A stretch of 39,940 bases of DNA, taken from Kofleriaceae bacterium. GTDB lineage: Bacteria; Myxococcota_A; Polyangia; Haliangiales; Haliangiaceae. Numbering within the stretch: the stretch's first letter is position 1; every line of letters begins with the position of its first letter. Position numbers and translations under genes: made by a program. The stretch covers positions 1-39,940 of the forward strand of contig JBKJLC010000020.1 in NCBI GenBank assembly GCA_046597055.1, read 5' to 3'. This document shows, one piece after another, positions 1 through 9,287 of this stretch. The notes under the pieces are model-generated. The model was not told the DNA's origin. It made no database searches and saw only the letters and a list, made by a program, of their open reading frames with translations.

Positions 1-1
1 G

Positions 2-349
2 CAGTCGAAGCCACGCACGGGCCAGGTCTTCGTCACCCGCTACCACGCCGAGATCATCCGGTCACCGCGCCAGGCGCGTCACGCGCTCGCGTACGTGCTG
101 AACAACTGGCGCCGGCATCGCGAGGACCTCGCGGGCGTTGCGCAGCGACGTGCCCAGGTCGATCCGTACTCGAGCGGGATCCGGTTCGACGGCTGGAGTG
201 GCGTGGCCGCGCCCTTCGCGGCGCCCGCTGGCTACGAGCCGCTGCCGGTCGCGGCCGCGGCCAGCTGGATGCTGACCATGGGCTGGCGACGACACGGACC
301 GATCGGGCTGCGCGAGGTGCCCGGGCCCGTCGACCGGGACTTCCCATGA
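2..349 (+). mobile_element. 3' part of a Y1/HUH (IS200-like, RAYT-like) transposase; 5' end lies outside the window
   Basis: Frame from nt 2 reads QSKPRTGQVFVTRYHAEIIRSPRQARHALAYVLNNWRRH...SWMLTMGWRRHG. The G-x-VF-x-x-RYH...AYVLNN segment resembles the catalytic-Tyr helix of REP-associated tyrosine transposases. The HUH motif is not in the window. Confidence 0.65.
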
Positions 350-1275
350 CGCGCGATCGGTTCGCAGGCTGCATGCTGGGGTTGGCGCTGGGCGACGCGC
401 TAGGCGCGCCCCACGAGGGTGGCCTGCTCGAGCGGCTGGTCTGGCGGCTGATCGGCACGACCGCACAGGGCGAGGCGCGCTGGACCGACGACACCCAGAT
501 GTCGCTCGACCTCGCCGAGTCGCTGCTGGCGCAGGGGACGCTCGACCTCGACGACCTGGCGCGCCGGTTCGCGGCGAGCTACCGGTGGAGCCGCGGCTAC
601 GGCCCGGGCGCGGCCCGCCTGCTGAAGCGGATCGCGCGCGGCGCTGACTGGCGCACCGCCCGCCACGCGATCTACCCGGGCGGGTCGTTCGGGAACGGCG
701 GCGCGATGCGAGCGCCGATCATCGCCCTGGTCCGTCACGAGGGTCCGGGCGCGCTGGCCGACGCCGCGCGCGCGTCGGCCAGCGTCACGCACGCGCATCC
801 GCTCGGCATGGAGGGCGCCGTGTTGATCGCCACCGCCACCGCGCTGGCGCTGCGCGAGGCGACGCCGCCGGCGATCTACCAGGGCGCCGCCGATGCGTGC
901 GTGCTCGAGCCCTTCGTCACCCGGCTCGCGCGCGGCGGCGCGTTGCTACATTCTGGCGCCGCGCCGACCGCGGTCGAGGTACGCCGCGAGCTCGGCAACG
1001 GCATCGTGGCGACCGAGTCGTGCGTGACCGCGCTGTACGTCGCGACGCGGTTCTTGGATCGGCCGTTCGCGGACCTGCTCGAGTTCGTGGCGAGCTGTGG
1101 CGGCGACGTCGACACCATCGGTGCGATGGCCGGCGCGGTGTGGGGCGCGGCCCGCGGCGCGGCCGACTTGCCGGCGGAGCTGTTGCGCCAGCTCGAGCAG
1201 CGGGACCGGCTGCAGACGGTCGCCGCCGCGCTCCACGACCGGGTCGGAGCCGCTGCCGTGACCGCAACGCAGTGA
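346..1275 (+). CDS. ADP-ribosylglycohydrolase (DraG/ARH family)
   Basis: Motifs GDALG, WTDDTQM, GNGGAMR, THAH, GGDVDTIG; ATGA overlap with the upstream ORF. Confidence 0.93.
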   Translation: MTRDRFAGCMLGLALGDALGAPHEGGLLERLVWRLIGTTAQGEARWTDDTQMSLDLAESLLAQGTLDLDDLARRFAASYRWSRGYGPGAARLLKRIARGADWRTARHAIYPGGSFGNGGAMRAPIIALVRHEGPGALADAARASASVTHAHPLGMEGAVLIATATALALREATPPAIYQGAADACVLEPFVTRLARGGALLHSGAAPTAVEVRRELGNGIVATESCVTALYVATRFLDRPFADLLEFVASCGGDVDTIGAMAGAVWGAARGAADLPAELLRQLEQRDRLQTVAAALHDRVGAAAVTATQ

Positions 1276-1325
1276 GGCGCCCGCATCCATCCCTGTCCGC
1301 GGGCCGCGCCCGCCGATGCCCCCCG

Positions 1326-1517
1326 ATGATCGATCACACCAACCTCGAAGAATACGCAGACGCGCTCAGCTACGACGTCGAGAACACGCTCGACGAGGAG
1401 GGCGAGTTCTTCCTGGCGGCCGCCGACCGCCATGCGGCGCTGAGGCGCGCCCGCCCGCCGCGGCCACCGATCGGCTGGCGACACCCCTGCGCCTACGGGT
1501 GCGGCAGGGCGCCGTAG
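1326..1517 (+). pseudogene. Short ORF, possibly a truncated N-terminal remnant of a class I SAM-dependent methyltransferase
   Basis: MIDHTNLEEYADALSYDVENTLDEEGEFFLAAA looks like a methyltransferase N-terminus; sequence then degrades to YGCGRAP-stop, reminiscent of the GCGTGR motif I. Confidence 0.35.
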
Positions 1518-1718
1518 ACCATGGCCCAGACCTCGGTCTTGCGTGCCGCGCGCAACTCGCCGGACCCAAAGGTGTCGCGGTGTCTCGACCGCGCGGCCAA
1601 TGTCTCGGCACGCCGGCAGGGGACGGCAGTCGCACACCGAAGCTGGTGTCGTCACGGCCCGTTGATGCGCGGCCCGACGCGCGCCTGCGCGCGTGCGGTT
1701 ACCAGGTGGGCGGCGCGC

Positions 1719-2417
1719 CTACTCGAGGCCGGCGTAGACGTGCTGCACGTCGTCGTCGTCGTCGAGCGCGTGGAGGAAGGCCACCACCTCGGCGCGGGCG
1801 TCGTCGTCGAGCTTGATCGGGTTCTTGGCCCGCCACGCCATCGTGGCCGAGGTGACGGTCCACTTCTGTGCGGTGAGCGCGCTGCTCACCGCGTCGAGAT
1901 CGGTGGGCTCGGTCAGGAACCGGCTGCCGCCGTCGTCGCCGGGCTCGACGTCCTGGGCGCCGGCCTCGATCGCCGCGGTCTCGGCATCGGCGGCGCCAGC
2001 GTCGGCGGTCGCCTCGACCACGCCGAGGTGGCGGAAGTCCCACGAGACCGAGCCGGTGTTGCCGAGTTGGCCCTTGCGGAACAGCACGCGGACCGCGGTC
2101 GCGGTCCGGTTCTTGTTGTCGGTGAGGCACTCGACGATCACCGGCACCCGGTGTGGCGCGAAGCCTTCATAAACCAGGTGCTCGTAGTGCACGTGCTCGT
2201 CGAGCAGGCCGGCCCCCTTCTTGATGGCGCGGTCGAGCGTGTCGCGCGGCATCGACGCGCGCTTGGCGACATCGATCACCATGCGCAGCTTCGCGTTCAT
2301 CGCCGGATCGGCGCCGCCCTTGGCGGCGATCATGATGTCCTTGGCCAGCTTGGAGAAGACCTTGCCCCTGGCGTTCGCCGCCACGACCCGGCCCGAGTGC
2401 TTCCACTGTGCGCCCAT
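1719..2417 (-). CDS. yebC: YebC/PmpR (TACO1) family protein
   Basis: MGAQWKH start, [36 protein letters not shown]. Confidence 0.93.
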   Translation of the reverse strand: MGAQWKHSGRVVAANARGKVFSKLAKDIMIAAKGGADPAMNAKLRMVIDVAKRASMPRDTLDRAIKKGAGLLDEHVHYEHLVYEGFAPHRVPVIVECLTDNKNRTATAVRVLFRKGQLGNTGSVSWDFRHLGVVEATADAGAADAETAAIEAGAQDVEPGDDGGSRFLTEPTDLDAVSSALTAQKWTVTSATMAWRAKNPIKLDDDARAEVVAFLHALDDDDDVQHVYAGLE

Positions 2418-2536
2418 GCCCCGGTTGGTACCGCGGATCGCCACGACGTGGAACCGGCGTCACGCGGGACGGACGCGAAACGTTTCGTTCCGTCGCGCGC
2501 CTTGCCGCACCGGGTGCTTCCTCCTACGCTGCGAGA

Positions 2537-3622
2537 GTGTCGAGCCGCCAGCGCGCGATCGCGCTCGGAGTGGTGCTCGCCCTCGCGGCGCCCGCGAGCG
2601 TGTGGGCCGATGACCCGCCCGTCGCCACGCCGGCCCCCGGGGCCGCGGCGCCGACCGCTGGCCGCCGCGCGCTGGCGGTGGCGGCGGCCATCGTCCCCGG
2701 CGTGATCGTGCGCGGTGCCGGCGCCTGGGTCGTGGGCGACCGGCCAACCGCACGGCGGCTCCTGTACGTGGAGCTGCTCGGCCTCGGGCTGGCGGCCGCC
2801 GGTGGGCTCCCGATCGGGTTGTCCCGCGGCGCCGAGGCGACGATGCCCGGGCTGGTGTTCGCGATCTCGGGCGGCGCGCTGCTGCTGACGTCATGGGCCG
2901 CCGACATCCACGTCGCCGCCGGCGGCGACCGGCTCGGCGGACGCCCGGCGCGACCCGCGGAGGTGACCGCCGAGCTCGGCTACACCTTCGTCGGTGACGT
3001 GCACCTGCCGATCGAGCACCTGGCCACCGGCGGCGCCGAGCTGCGCAGCGGTCTGGCCCGCGCGCGGCTGACCGGCTGGCTCGGTGACGGCGCGTGGCGG
3101 GCCCAGCTCGGCGCCGGGGCCCGGCTGTGGCGGCCGCGCGCGCCCGCGGGTGCCACCGACGCCACCGGGATCGAGCTCGAGGCGGCGCTGGCGCGCGAGG
3201 GGCGCGACCTCGCCGGCTACGCGATCACGAGCGGCGAGGTCGGGGTCGCCGGCCGGCTCGACCTGATCCGGCTCGCGGCGCCCCTCGCCGGCAGCTTCGC
3301 CTCGCTCGCAATGGGGGTCGGCGTCGAGCGGGTGCACTACGACGCGGTCGACGTCGCCGACCTGACCAGCCTCTTCGCCGGGCGGATCGGATGGGGCCTG
3401 TACCTCGGCGACGGCGCGGGCGAGGTCGAGCTGTACTACCAGCACCGGCGCGACACCCTGGCCGGCCGGATCACGCTGCCGCTGTCGGGCAACGGCTTCA
3501 TCGGCTACGTCGGCGGATCGGTGGCCGGCTGGCGCGGGCCGTGGGGTGTGGTCGCGCGGCTCGACGTGGGCTCGGCGTACGTGGCCTCGCTGGCGCTGCG
3601 CTGGCGGCTGGCGGCGCTGTGA
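2537..3622 (+). CDS. Exported hypothetical protein with hydrophobic N-terminal part and amphipathic beta-strand C-terminal half (possible outer-membrane barrel)
   Basis: Signal peptide ending ASVWA; alternating hydrophobic strands (ELGYTF, IGWGLYL, VELYYQH, SLALRWR); GTGA overlap with next gene; start is inferred. Confidence 0.6.
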   Translation: MSSRQRAIALGVVLALAAPASVWADDPPVATPAPGAAAPTAGRRALAVAAAIVPGVIVRGAGAWVVGDRPTARRLLYVELLGLGLAAAGGLPIGLSRGAEATMPGLVFAISGGALLLTSWAADIHVAAGGDRLGGRPARPAEVTAELGYTFVGDVHLPIEHLATGGAELRSGLARARLTGWLGDGAWRAQLGAGARLWRPRAPAGATDATGIELEAALAREGRDLAGYAITSGEVGVAGRLDLIRLAAPLAGSFASLAMGVGVERVHYDAVDVADLTSLFAGRIGWGLYLGDGAGEVELYYQHRRDTLAGRITLPLSGNGFIGYVGGSVAGWRGPWGVVARLDVGSAYVASLALRWRLAAL

Positions 3623-4716
3623 GCCATCGCGGCCTCGGTCTCGCGCTGGTGTTCGGGCTGGTCGCGTGCACCCGTCCCGCCGAGGACCGGGCCGCGCGCG
3701 ACCTGACGATCGGCACCGCCGCGATCGACGCGGTGACCGTCGACGTCGCCGGCGGGCTCGGCCACATCCGCGCGCTCGCACCCGGCGCGCTCGCGCTGTG
3801 GGCGCAGGCGCCGGTGCTCGAGCTGGTGATCGAGGTCGATCCCGACGCCGCGGGCGACTGGACGATCACCGCCGGCAACGTGCTGGCCGATGCCGAGCTG
3901 ACCGCGATCGCCGCGGGCACCCCGCTGGCGGTGGTCGCGCTCGGCGGCGCGCGGCCGACCGAGCGTGCGTGGCGGGTGCCCCTGCCGACCGGCGCCACCA
4001 CGGTGCGCATCGCGCCGCCCGATGCCGGCGCGCTCGCGGCGTGGCGGTTCGCGGTCATGGGCGACATCCAGAACGCGATGCCGACCGTGCACGAGGTGTT
4101 CGCGCGCATCAACCTCGAGCCGGGCGTGCGCTTCGTGATCTCGCTTGGCGACATCGTGCACCGCGGCCGCGACGACGAGTGGGACCTGTTCGCTCACCAG
4201 CTCACCACCCTCGACGTGCCGTTCTACTCGACGATCGGCAACCACGAGCTGTGGGGCAACCTCGATCGCTGGTATCGCAGCTACGGCCGCGCCAACATCC
4301 ACTTTCGCTTTCGCGGCGTCGCCGTCACGCTGGTCGACTCGGCCTCGGCGACGCTCGACCCCAGCGTCCACGGCTGGCTCGACGGCTGGCTGGCCGAGTC
4401 GGCCGGCGACCTGCACCTGTTCGGCACCCACTATCCGCTCGTCGATCCGATCGGGCTGCGCCAGGGCTCGTTCGCCAGCCACCGCGAGGCCCAGGCCCTG
4501 CTCGCGCGCCTGGCCGCCGGCGGCGTCGACCTCACCGTCTACGGCCACATCCACACGTACGAGGGCTTCTCCAACGCCGGCATCCCCGCGCACATCTCGG
4601 GCGGCGGCGGCGCCGACCCGATGCGCTTCGACGGCATCGACCGCCACTTTCTCGTCGTCGATGCCGATCCCGCCGCCGCCGCGTTCTCCGCCGTCACCGT
4701 CGTCCGCGTCGACTGA
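3619..4716 (+). CDS. Calcineurin-like metallophosphoesterase lipoprotein
   Basis: Lipobox LVAC; motifs GDIQ, GDIV, GNHE, THYP, GHIH. Confidence 0.88.
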   Translation: MSHRGLGLALVFGLVACTRPAEDRAARDLTIGTAAIDAVTVDVAGGLGHIRALAPGALALWAQAPVLELVIEVDPDAAGDWTITAGNVLADAELTAIAAGTPLAVVALGGARPTERAWRVPLPTGATTVRIAPPDAGALAAWRFAVMGDIQNAMPTVHEVFARINLEPGVRFVISLGDIVHRGRDDEWDLFAHQLTTLDVPFYSTIGNHELWGNLDRWYRSYGRANIHFRFRGVAVTLVDSASATLDPSVHGWLDGWLAESAGDLHLFGTHYPLVDPIGLRQGSFASHREAQALLARLAAGGVDLTVYGHIHTYEGFSNAGIPAHISGGGGADPMRFDGIDRHFLVVDADPAAAAFSAVTVVRVD

Positions 4717-4954
4717 CCGCCGGGTTGAAGGGCGCCGTCGCCCCTCAGGCCTGATCAGATCTCTCGATGTGATCGAAAGCGCTCACCTTTCCCGGTGGCC
4801 CTGAGCCGGCGCCAGAGGCGCCGTGTCGAAGGGGCAGACCGCCAGGTGCAGCACCCTGCACCCCGTACCGGCAACGGCGCGGAGTGTCGCATTTTCGGCC
4901 GCACCCCGCGGTGATCGCGGCCGTGCGCTACCATCGCGCATCGCCTCGCGCCCC

Positions 4955-6445
4955 GTGCTCGCCCATGCCGCGCTCGCCGTCCTCGTCGGGCTCGGGGGCG
5001 GCGTCGCCGCGCTCGGGCTCGGCGGTTGCCGCGACGAGGCCCGCGGCACCTTGGCCCGCCTGGAGCGGCGCGGCGTGATCACCTGGGGCGCCGATCTCCA
5101 GGGCGGCGAGCCCTACCTCTACGAGGATCCGACCCAGCAAGGCCGCATCGTCGGCTTCGAGGTCGACATCATGGACGCGCTGGCCCGCCGGCTCGGCGTG
5201 AAGCAGCGCTTCATGCAGAACGACTGGTCGAACCTGGTGCCGTCGCTCGAGCGCGGCGACTTCGACATCGTGATGAACGGGCTCGAGGCCACCGGCGATC
5301 GCGCCGACCGCATCCTGCTGTCGCGCCCGTACTACGTGTACGCCGAGACCCTCGCGATCAAGCAGGGCGCCGGCTACCGGTCGCTCGCGGATCTGAAGGG
5401 CAAGCGGGTCGCGACCCTCAACCAGACCTACGCCCACGATCTCCTCCGCGACGCCGGGGTCGAGACCGTGCTCTACGAGGGCAACGAGGAGCCGTACCTC
5501 GATCTGGTCAGCGGCCGGGTCGACGCGGTGCTGCTCGACAACATCATCGCCGACCGCTACGGCTGCAACCGGAGCGGCGTCCTGTGCCTGCCGGGCGACG
5601 TCGCCCGCGGCAGCTACGTGATCGGCATCCGCAAGGCCGACCGCGAGCTCAAGGCCGCGATCGACACGGCGCTCGCGGCGATGCTCGCCGACGGCGAGCT
5701 CGAGCGCATCCTGCGCGCGCACCGGCTCTGGGATCACCGGCAGACCGAGCCGCCGCCAGCGATGCCGGGCGTGAGCGCGACCCGGCCCCGCCAGTTCGAC
5801 GGCGAGCAGCTGCGCCGGTTCGGGTCGGCGGCGCTGGTCACCCTGGCGCTGTCGTGCGCGGCGTTCCTGCTGGCGGTCCCGCTCGGGCTCCTGCTCGCGG
5901 TCGGTCGGGTCTACGGCGGCCCCCTGCTGGGCGCGGCGGCGCGGGTCTACATCGAGCTGTTCCGGGGCACGCCGGTGCTGCTCCAGCTCTACGTCATCTA
6001 CTACGGCCTCGGCCCGTACTACGCGTTCGGTCCGTTCGAGGCGGCGGTGCTCGGCCTCGGGCTCAACTACGCCGCCTACGAGGCCGAGGTCTACCGCGGC
6101 GCGATCCTGGCGGTCCCGCGCGGCCAGACCGAGGCGGCCAAGGCGCTCGGGATGGGTCCGCTGCAGACCCTGCGTCACGTGATCGTGCCGCAGGCGTTCC
6201 GGTTCGCGCTGCCGCCGATGACCAACGACTTCGTCGCCCTCCTCAAGGACTCGTCGCTGGTCAGCGTCATCACCGTGATCGAGCTGACCAAGCGCATGAC
6301 GATCGCCGGCGCCGAGCTGCGCGGCTGGCTGGTGCCCGGGCTTGCGTGCGCGGCGCTGTACCTGGCGATGAGCCTGCCGCTGTCCGAGCTGGCGCGCTGG
6401 CTCGAGAAGAGGTTGAACCGTGATCAGCGTCCGCACGCTCTCTAA
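4955..6445 (+). CDS. Polar amino-acid ABC transporter, fused substrate-binding domain + permease
   Basis: SBP family 3 features (GFEVDI, LERGDFD, LSRPYY) followed by HisM-type permease (ELFRGTPVLLQL, GQTEAAKALGM, LLKDSSL); start approximate (ORF open from 4823). Confidence 0.9.
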   Translation: MLAHAALAVLVGLGGGVAALGLGGCRDEARGTLARLERRGVITWGADLQGGEPYLYEDPTQQGRIVGFEVDIMDALARRLGVKQRFMQNDWSNLVPSLERGDFDIVMNGLEATGDRADRILLSRPYYVYAETLAIKQGAGYRSLADLKGKRVATLNQTYAHDLLRDAGVETVLYEGNEEPYLDLVSGRVDAVLLDNIIADRYGCNRSGVLCLPGDVARGSYVIGIRKADRELKAAIDTALAAMLADGELERILRAHRLWDHRQTEPPPAMPGVSATRPRQFDGEQLRRFGSAALVTLALSCAAFLLAVPLGLLLAVGRVYGGPLLGAAARVYIELFRGTPVLLQLYVIYYGLGPYYAFGPFEAAVLGLGLNYAAYEAEVYRGAILAVPRGQTEAAKALGMGPLQTLRHVIVPQAFRFALPPMTNDFVALLKDSSLVSVITVIELTKRMTIAGAELRGWLVPGLACAALYLAMSLPLSELARWLEKRLNRDQRPHAL

Positions 6446-7172
6446 GCGCCACGGTGCCCGCCGGGTCCTCGAGCGCATCAGCGCCGAGGTCACCCGCGGC
6501 GAGACGATCGCGATCGTCGGGCCGTCGGGCGGCGGCAAGAGCACGCTCCTGCGCTGCCTCAACTACCTCGAGGCGTTCGACGAGGGCGAGATCGAGATCG
6601 CCGGGCTGCGCCTGCGGCCCGGCATGGGCGCCCGCGATCGGCCCACGCTGCAGGCGCTGCGCACGCGGGTCGGCATGGTGTTCCAGCAGTTCAACCTGTT
6701 CCCGCACCTGTCGGTGCTCGCCAACATCACGCTGGCGCCGGTGGTCGTGCGGGGCCGGCCGCCGGCCGAGGTCGCGGCCAAGGCCCACGAGCTGCTCGCC
6801 CGGGTCGGGCTCGGCGATCGCGGTGGCTCGTACCCACACGAGCTGTCGGGCGGCCAGCAGCAGCGGGTCGCGATCGCGCGCGCGCTGGCGCAGGAGCCCG
6901 AGGTGCTGCTGTTCGACGAGCCGACCAGCGCGCTCGATCCCGAGATGCGCGACGAGGTGATGGGCGTGATCCGCGACCTGGCCCGGGGCGGCATGACGAT
7001 GCTGGTGGTGACCCACGAGATGCAGTTCGCGACCGATATCGCGTCGCGGGTGTGGGTGATCGACGGCGGCACGATCGCCGAGGACGGCCCGCCGGCCCAG
7101 GTCGTGGCCAGCCCGCAGACCGCGGTGGCGCGGGAATACTTCGGGCGCCAGCGGCGCGGGCAGGCACCATGA
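6420..7172 (+). CDS. Polar amino-acid ABC transporter ATP-binding protein (GlnQ-like)
   Basis: Walker A GPSGGGKST, MVFQQFNLFPH, LSGGQQQRVAIARAL, LLFDEPTSALD, VTHEM. Confidence 0.95.
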   Translation: MISVRTLSKRHGARRVLERISAEVTRGETIAIVGPSGGGKSTLLRCLNYLEAFDEGEIEIAGLRLRPGMGARDRPTLQALRTRVGMVFQQFNLFPHLSVLANITLAPVVVRGRPPAEVAAKAHELLARVGLGDRGGSYPHELSGGQQQRVAIARALAQEPEVLLFDEPTSALDPEMRDEVMGVIRDLARGGMTMLVVTHEMQFATDIASRVWVIDGGTIAEDGPPAQVVASPQTAVAREYFGRQRRGQAP

Positions 7173-7233
7173 CATCCATGCCCGGTCTGGCGCGAACCCG
7201 GCCGCGGCGCGTCGCGCAAACCGCCGACCTCGC

Positions 7234-7260
7234 TGGCACGCCGGTGGCACGACCGGTGCA
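7234..7260 (+). promoter_or_regulatory. Sigma54 (-24/-12) promoter; two overlapping motifs
   Basis: TGGCACGCCGGTGGCA (7234) and TGGCACGACCGGTGCA (7245) both fit GG-N10-GC; the second ends 12 nt before ATG 7273. Confidence 0.7.
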
Positions 7261-7272
7261 TTTGTCCGAAAC

Positions 7273-8355
7273 ATGACCCGTAGATCCTGGTCGCTGGCAA
7301 TCTCGCAGCTCGGTCGTGTCGGACTCCTCGGCGGTGCCGCGCTGGCCCTGGTCGCGTCCAGCCAGGAGGGCGACCGCGCCTTCGACGGCGAGTGCCCCGC
7401 CGGTGAGACCTGTGCACAGGAGACGCCGTCCGGCCTGCTGTTCGAGGGCGCCCCGCTGGGCTTCTGGCCGGCGCTGACCGCGCACACGATCGCGGCCGGT
7501 GGCCAGCAAACCTTCCGCATCACCGACAACGCCACCGAGAGCGCGTTCGCGCTGCCGTTCACCGCCACGGTCACCGGCGCCGGGCACGAGGTGGTCGCGG
7601 TCGGGGTGGATCGGGTGACGGTCGGGGCGAGCACGACCGCCACCGGTCACCTCCGCATCGTGGCGCCCGCGGGCGAGCTCTACGACCGGGTGGCGATCGA
7701 CAGCGCCGAGGTCGGCTCGATGCGGCTCGCGCCGACCCACGGCTTGGCCTATCCGCGGATCAATCCGGCGCGCTGGGCCACTTATGCCGGCGGCACCGCC
7801 CAGGTGTCGGTGGTGCTCACCGCCGCCGATGGTCGCTGGCTGGTCGACGAGGACCTCGCGATCCGCGCGGCCGCGACCTTCCAGCGGATCGGCTGGGACT
7901 CGATCGCGGTGGCGACGCCGGTGGTCGGCCCGGTCACGCTCGCGGTCGATGCCGGCAACGTGGTCGACCGGCGGCTCAGCTTCGCGGTGGTCGATGGCTT
8001 CGACGACGTCGACGTGCTGGCGCCCGTGACCACCGGCGTCGGCGGCGACATCGCGGTCTGCTTCGTGGCCTGGCAGCGCGGCGGCGGCGACAGCGACGAT
8101 ACGCTCGTGGTGGGCGTGCCGTGGCAGCTCCAGATCTCGGGCCCGGCGACCCCGCTCGAGAGCCAGCGCTACGCGTCGTGCGTCGAGCTGCACACCGATG
8201 CTGCCGGCACCGTGGTGGTGACCGCCGCCATGGGCGGCCAGACCTGGGGCGCGACCATCCAGGTCGCGAGCTCGAGCGCAAACCAGAAGTCGCGCCTGCG
8301 CGACTGGCTGTGGTCGCCGACCGAGGGCGAGCGCGCGGCGCTCGTCGCGGACTGA
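7273..8355 (+). CDS. Secreted beta-rich hypothetical protein
   Basis: Hydrophobic signal-like N-terminus, CPAGETC motif, Val/Thr-rich beta-strand content, sigma54 motif upstream. Confidence 0.7.
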   Translation: MTRRSWSLAISQLGRVGLLGGAALALVASSQEGDRAFDGECPAGETCAQETPSGLLFEGAPLGFWPALTAHTIAAGGQQTFRITDNATESAFALPFTATVTGAGHEVVAVGVDRVTVGASTTATGHLRIVAPAGELYDRVAIDSAEVGSMRLAPTHGLAYPRINPARWATYAGGTAQVSVVLTAADGRWLVDEDLAIRAAATFQRIGWDSIAVATPVVGPVTLAVDAGNVVDRRLSFAVVDGFDDVDVLAPVTTGVGGDIAVCFVAWQRGGGDSDDTLVVGVPWQLQISGPATPLESQRYASCVELHTDAAGTVVVTAAMGGQTWGATIQVASSSANQKSRLRDWLWSPTEGERAALVAD

Positions 8356-8369
8356 GCTGATCCGACCGG

Positions 8370-9287
8370 TCAGGCCGGGCGCGACGCGGCCGGCCGCTGA
8401 TCGAGGTCGATCTCGGCCTCGAACACCACGCGGGCCGGGCCGCGCATGAACACGGTCGCATAGTCGGGCGCGACCGTGATCGCGAGCGCGCCGCCGGGCA
8501 GGCGCACGGTGAGCTCGGTGCCGGGGTCGGCGCGGCCGGTCAGGCAGGCGGCGACCGCGGTCGCGCACGCGCCGGTGCCGCACGCGAGCGTGATGCCGCA
8601 GCCGCGCTCCCAGACGACCAGGTCGATCTCGGTGCGCGAGGCGACGTACGCCCACTCGGCGTTGGTCTTGCGCGGGAACTGCTCGTGGCGCTCGAGCGCG
8701 GGGCCGAGGGTCTCGGCGAGGCGGCGGGCCGCGTCGGCCGAATCGACGAACACCACCGCGTGGGGGTTGCCCATCGACACCGCGGTGACCCGGCGCTCGC
8801 CGGCGGGGTCGCCCGGGATCGCGATCGCCTGATCGACCACGCGCTCGTCGGCCGGGCCGGTCATCGGGAGCTCGCCACGGGTCAGCCGCGGGCGGCCCAT
8901 GTCGACCGTGACGCTGTCGACCAGGCCGTGATCGACGGTGACCCCGCACGCGAGCGGTCCGGCGCCGGTGTCGATCACGATGCGATCGCGGCCGCCCGGG
9001 GTCCGGTCGTACAGATGCTTGACCACGCAGCGCAGCCCGTTGCCGCACATCTCGGCCTCGCTACCGTCGGCGTTGAGCACGCGCATCTCGGCGGTGGCGC
9101 CGGCGGTCCTGGCCGGCCGCACCGCCAGCACGCCGTCGCCGCCGACGCCGAACTGGCGATCGCACAGCCAGCGCACCGTGGTCGGATCCTGCACCACCGC
9201 GGCGGTGTGCGGATCGAGGTCGCGGAGGTCGACGACGAGGAAGTCGTTGCCGAGCCCGTGGAGCTTGGTGAAGCGGACCCGCGTCAC
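8370..9287 (-). CDS. dapF: Diaminopimelate epimerase
   Basis: FTKLHGLGNDF, NADGSEAEMCGNGLRC, SMGNPH, ERGCGITLACGTG; GTG start overlaps the secG stop. Confidence 0.96.
   Translation of the reverse strand: MTRVRFTKLHGLGNDFLVVDLRDLDPHTAAVVQDPTTVRWLCDRQFGVGGDGVLAVRPARTAGATAEMRVLNADGSEAEMCGNGLRCVVKHLYDRTPGGRDRIVIDTGAGPLACGVTVDHGLVDSVTVDMGRPRLTRGELPMTGPADERVVDQAIAIPGDPAGERRVTAVSMGNPHAVVFVDSADAARRLAETLGPALERHEQFPRKTNAEWAYVASRTEIDLVVWERGCGITLACGTGACATAVAACLTGRADPGTELTVRLPGGALAITVAPDYATVFMRGPARVVFEAEIDLDQRPAASRPA

Noticed and set aside
4813..4935. Lysine riboswitch-like words (AGAGGCGC...GAAGGGG...GTGTC...GTGCGCTAC) upstream of the amino-acid ABC transporter
   Set aside because: P1 cannot pair (GCCAG versus CTACC) and the long P2 arm is missing; TACCAT is more simply a -10 box. 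An Infernal scan with the lysine riboswitch model would settle it.
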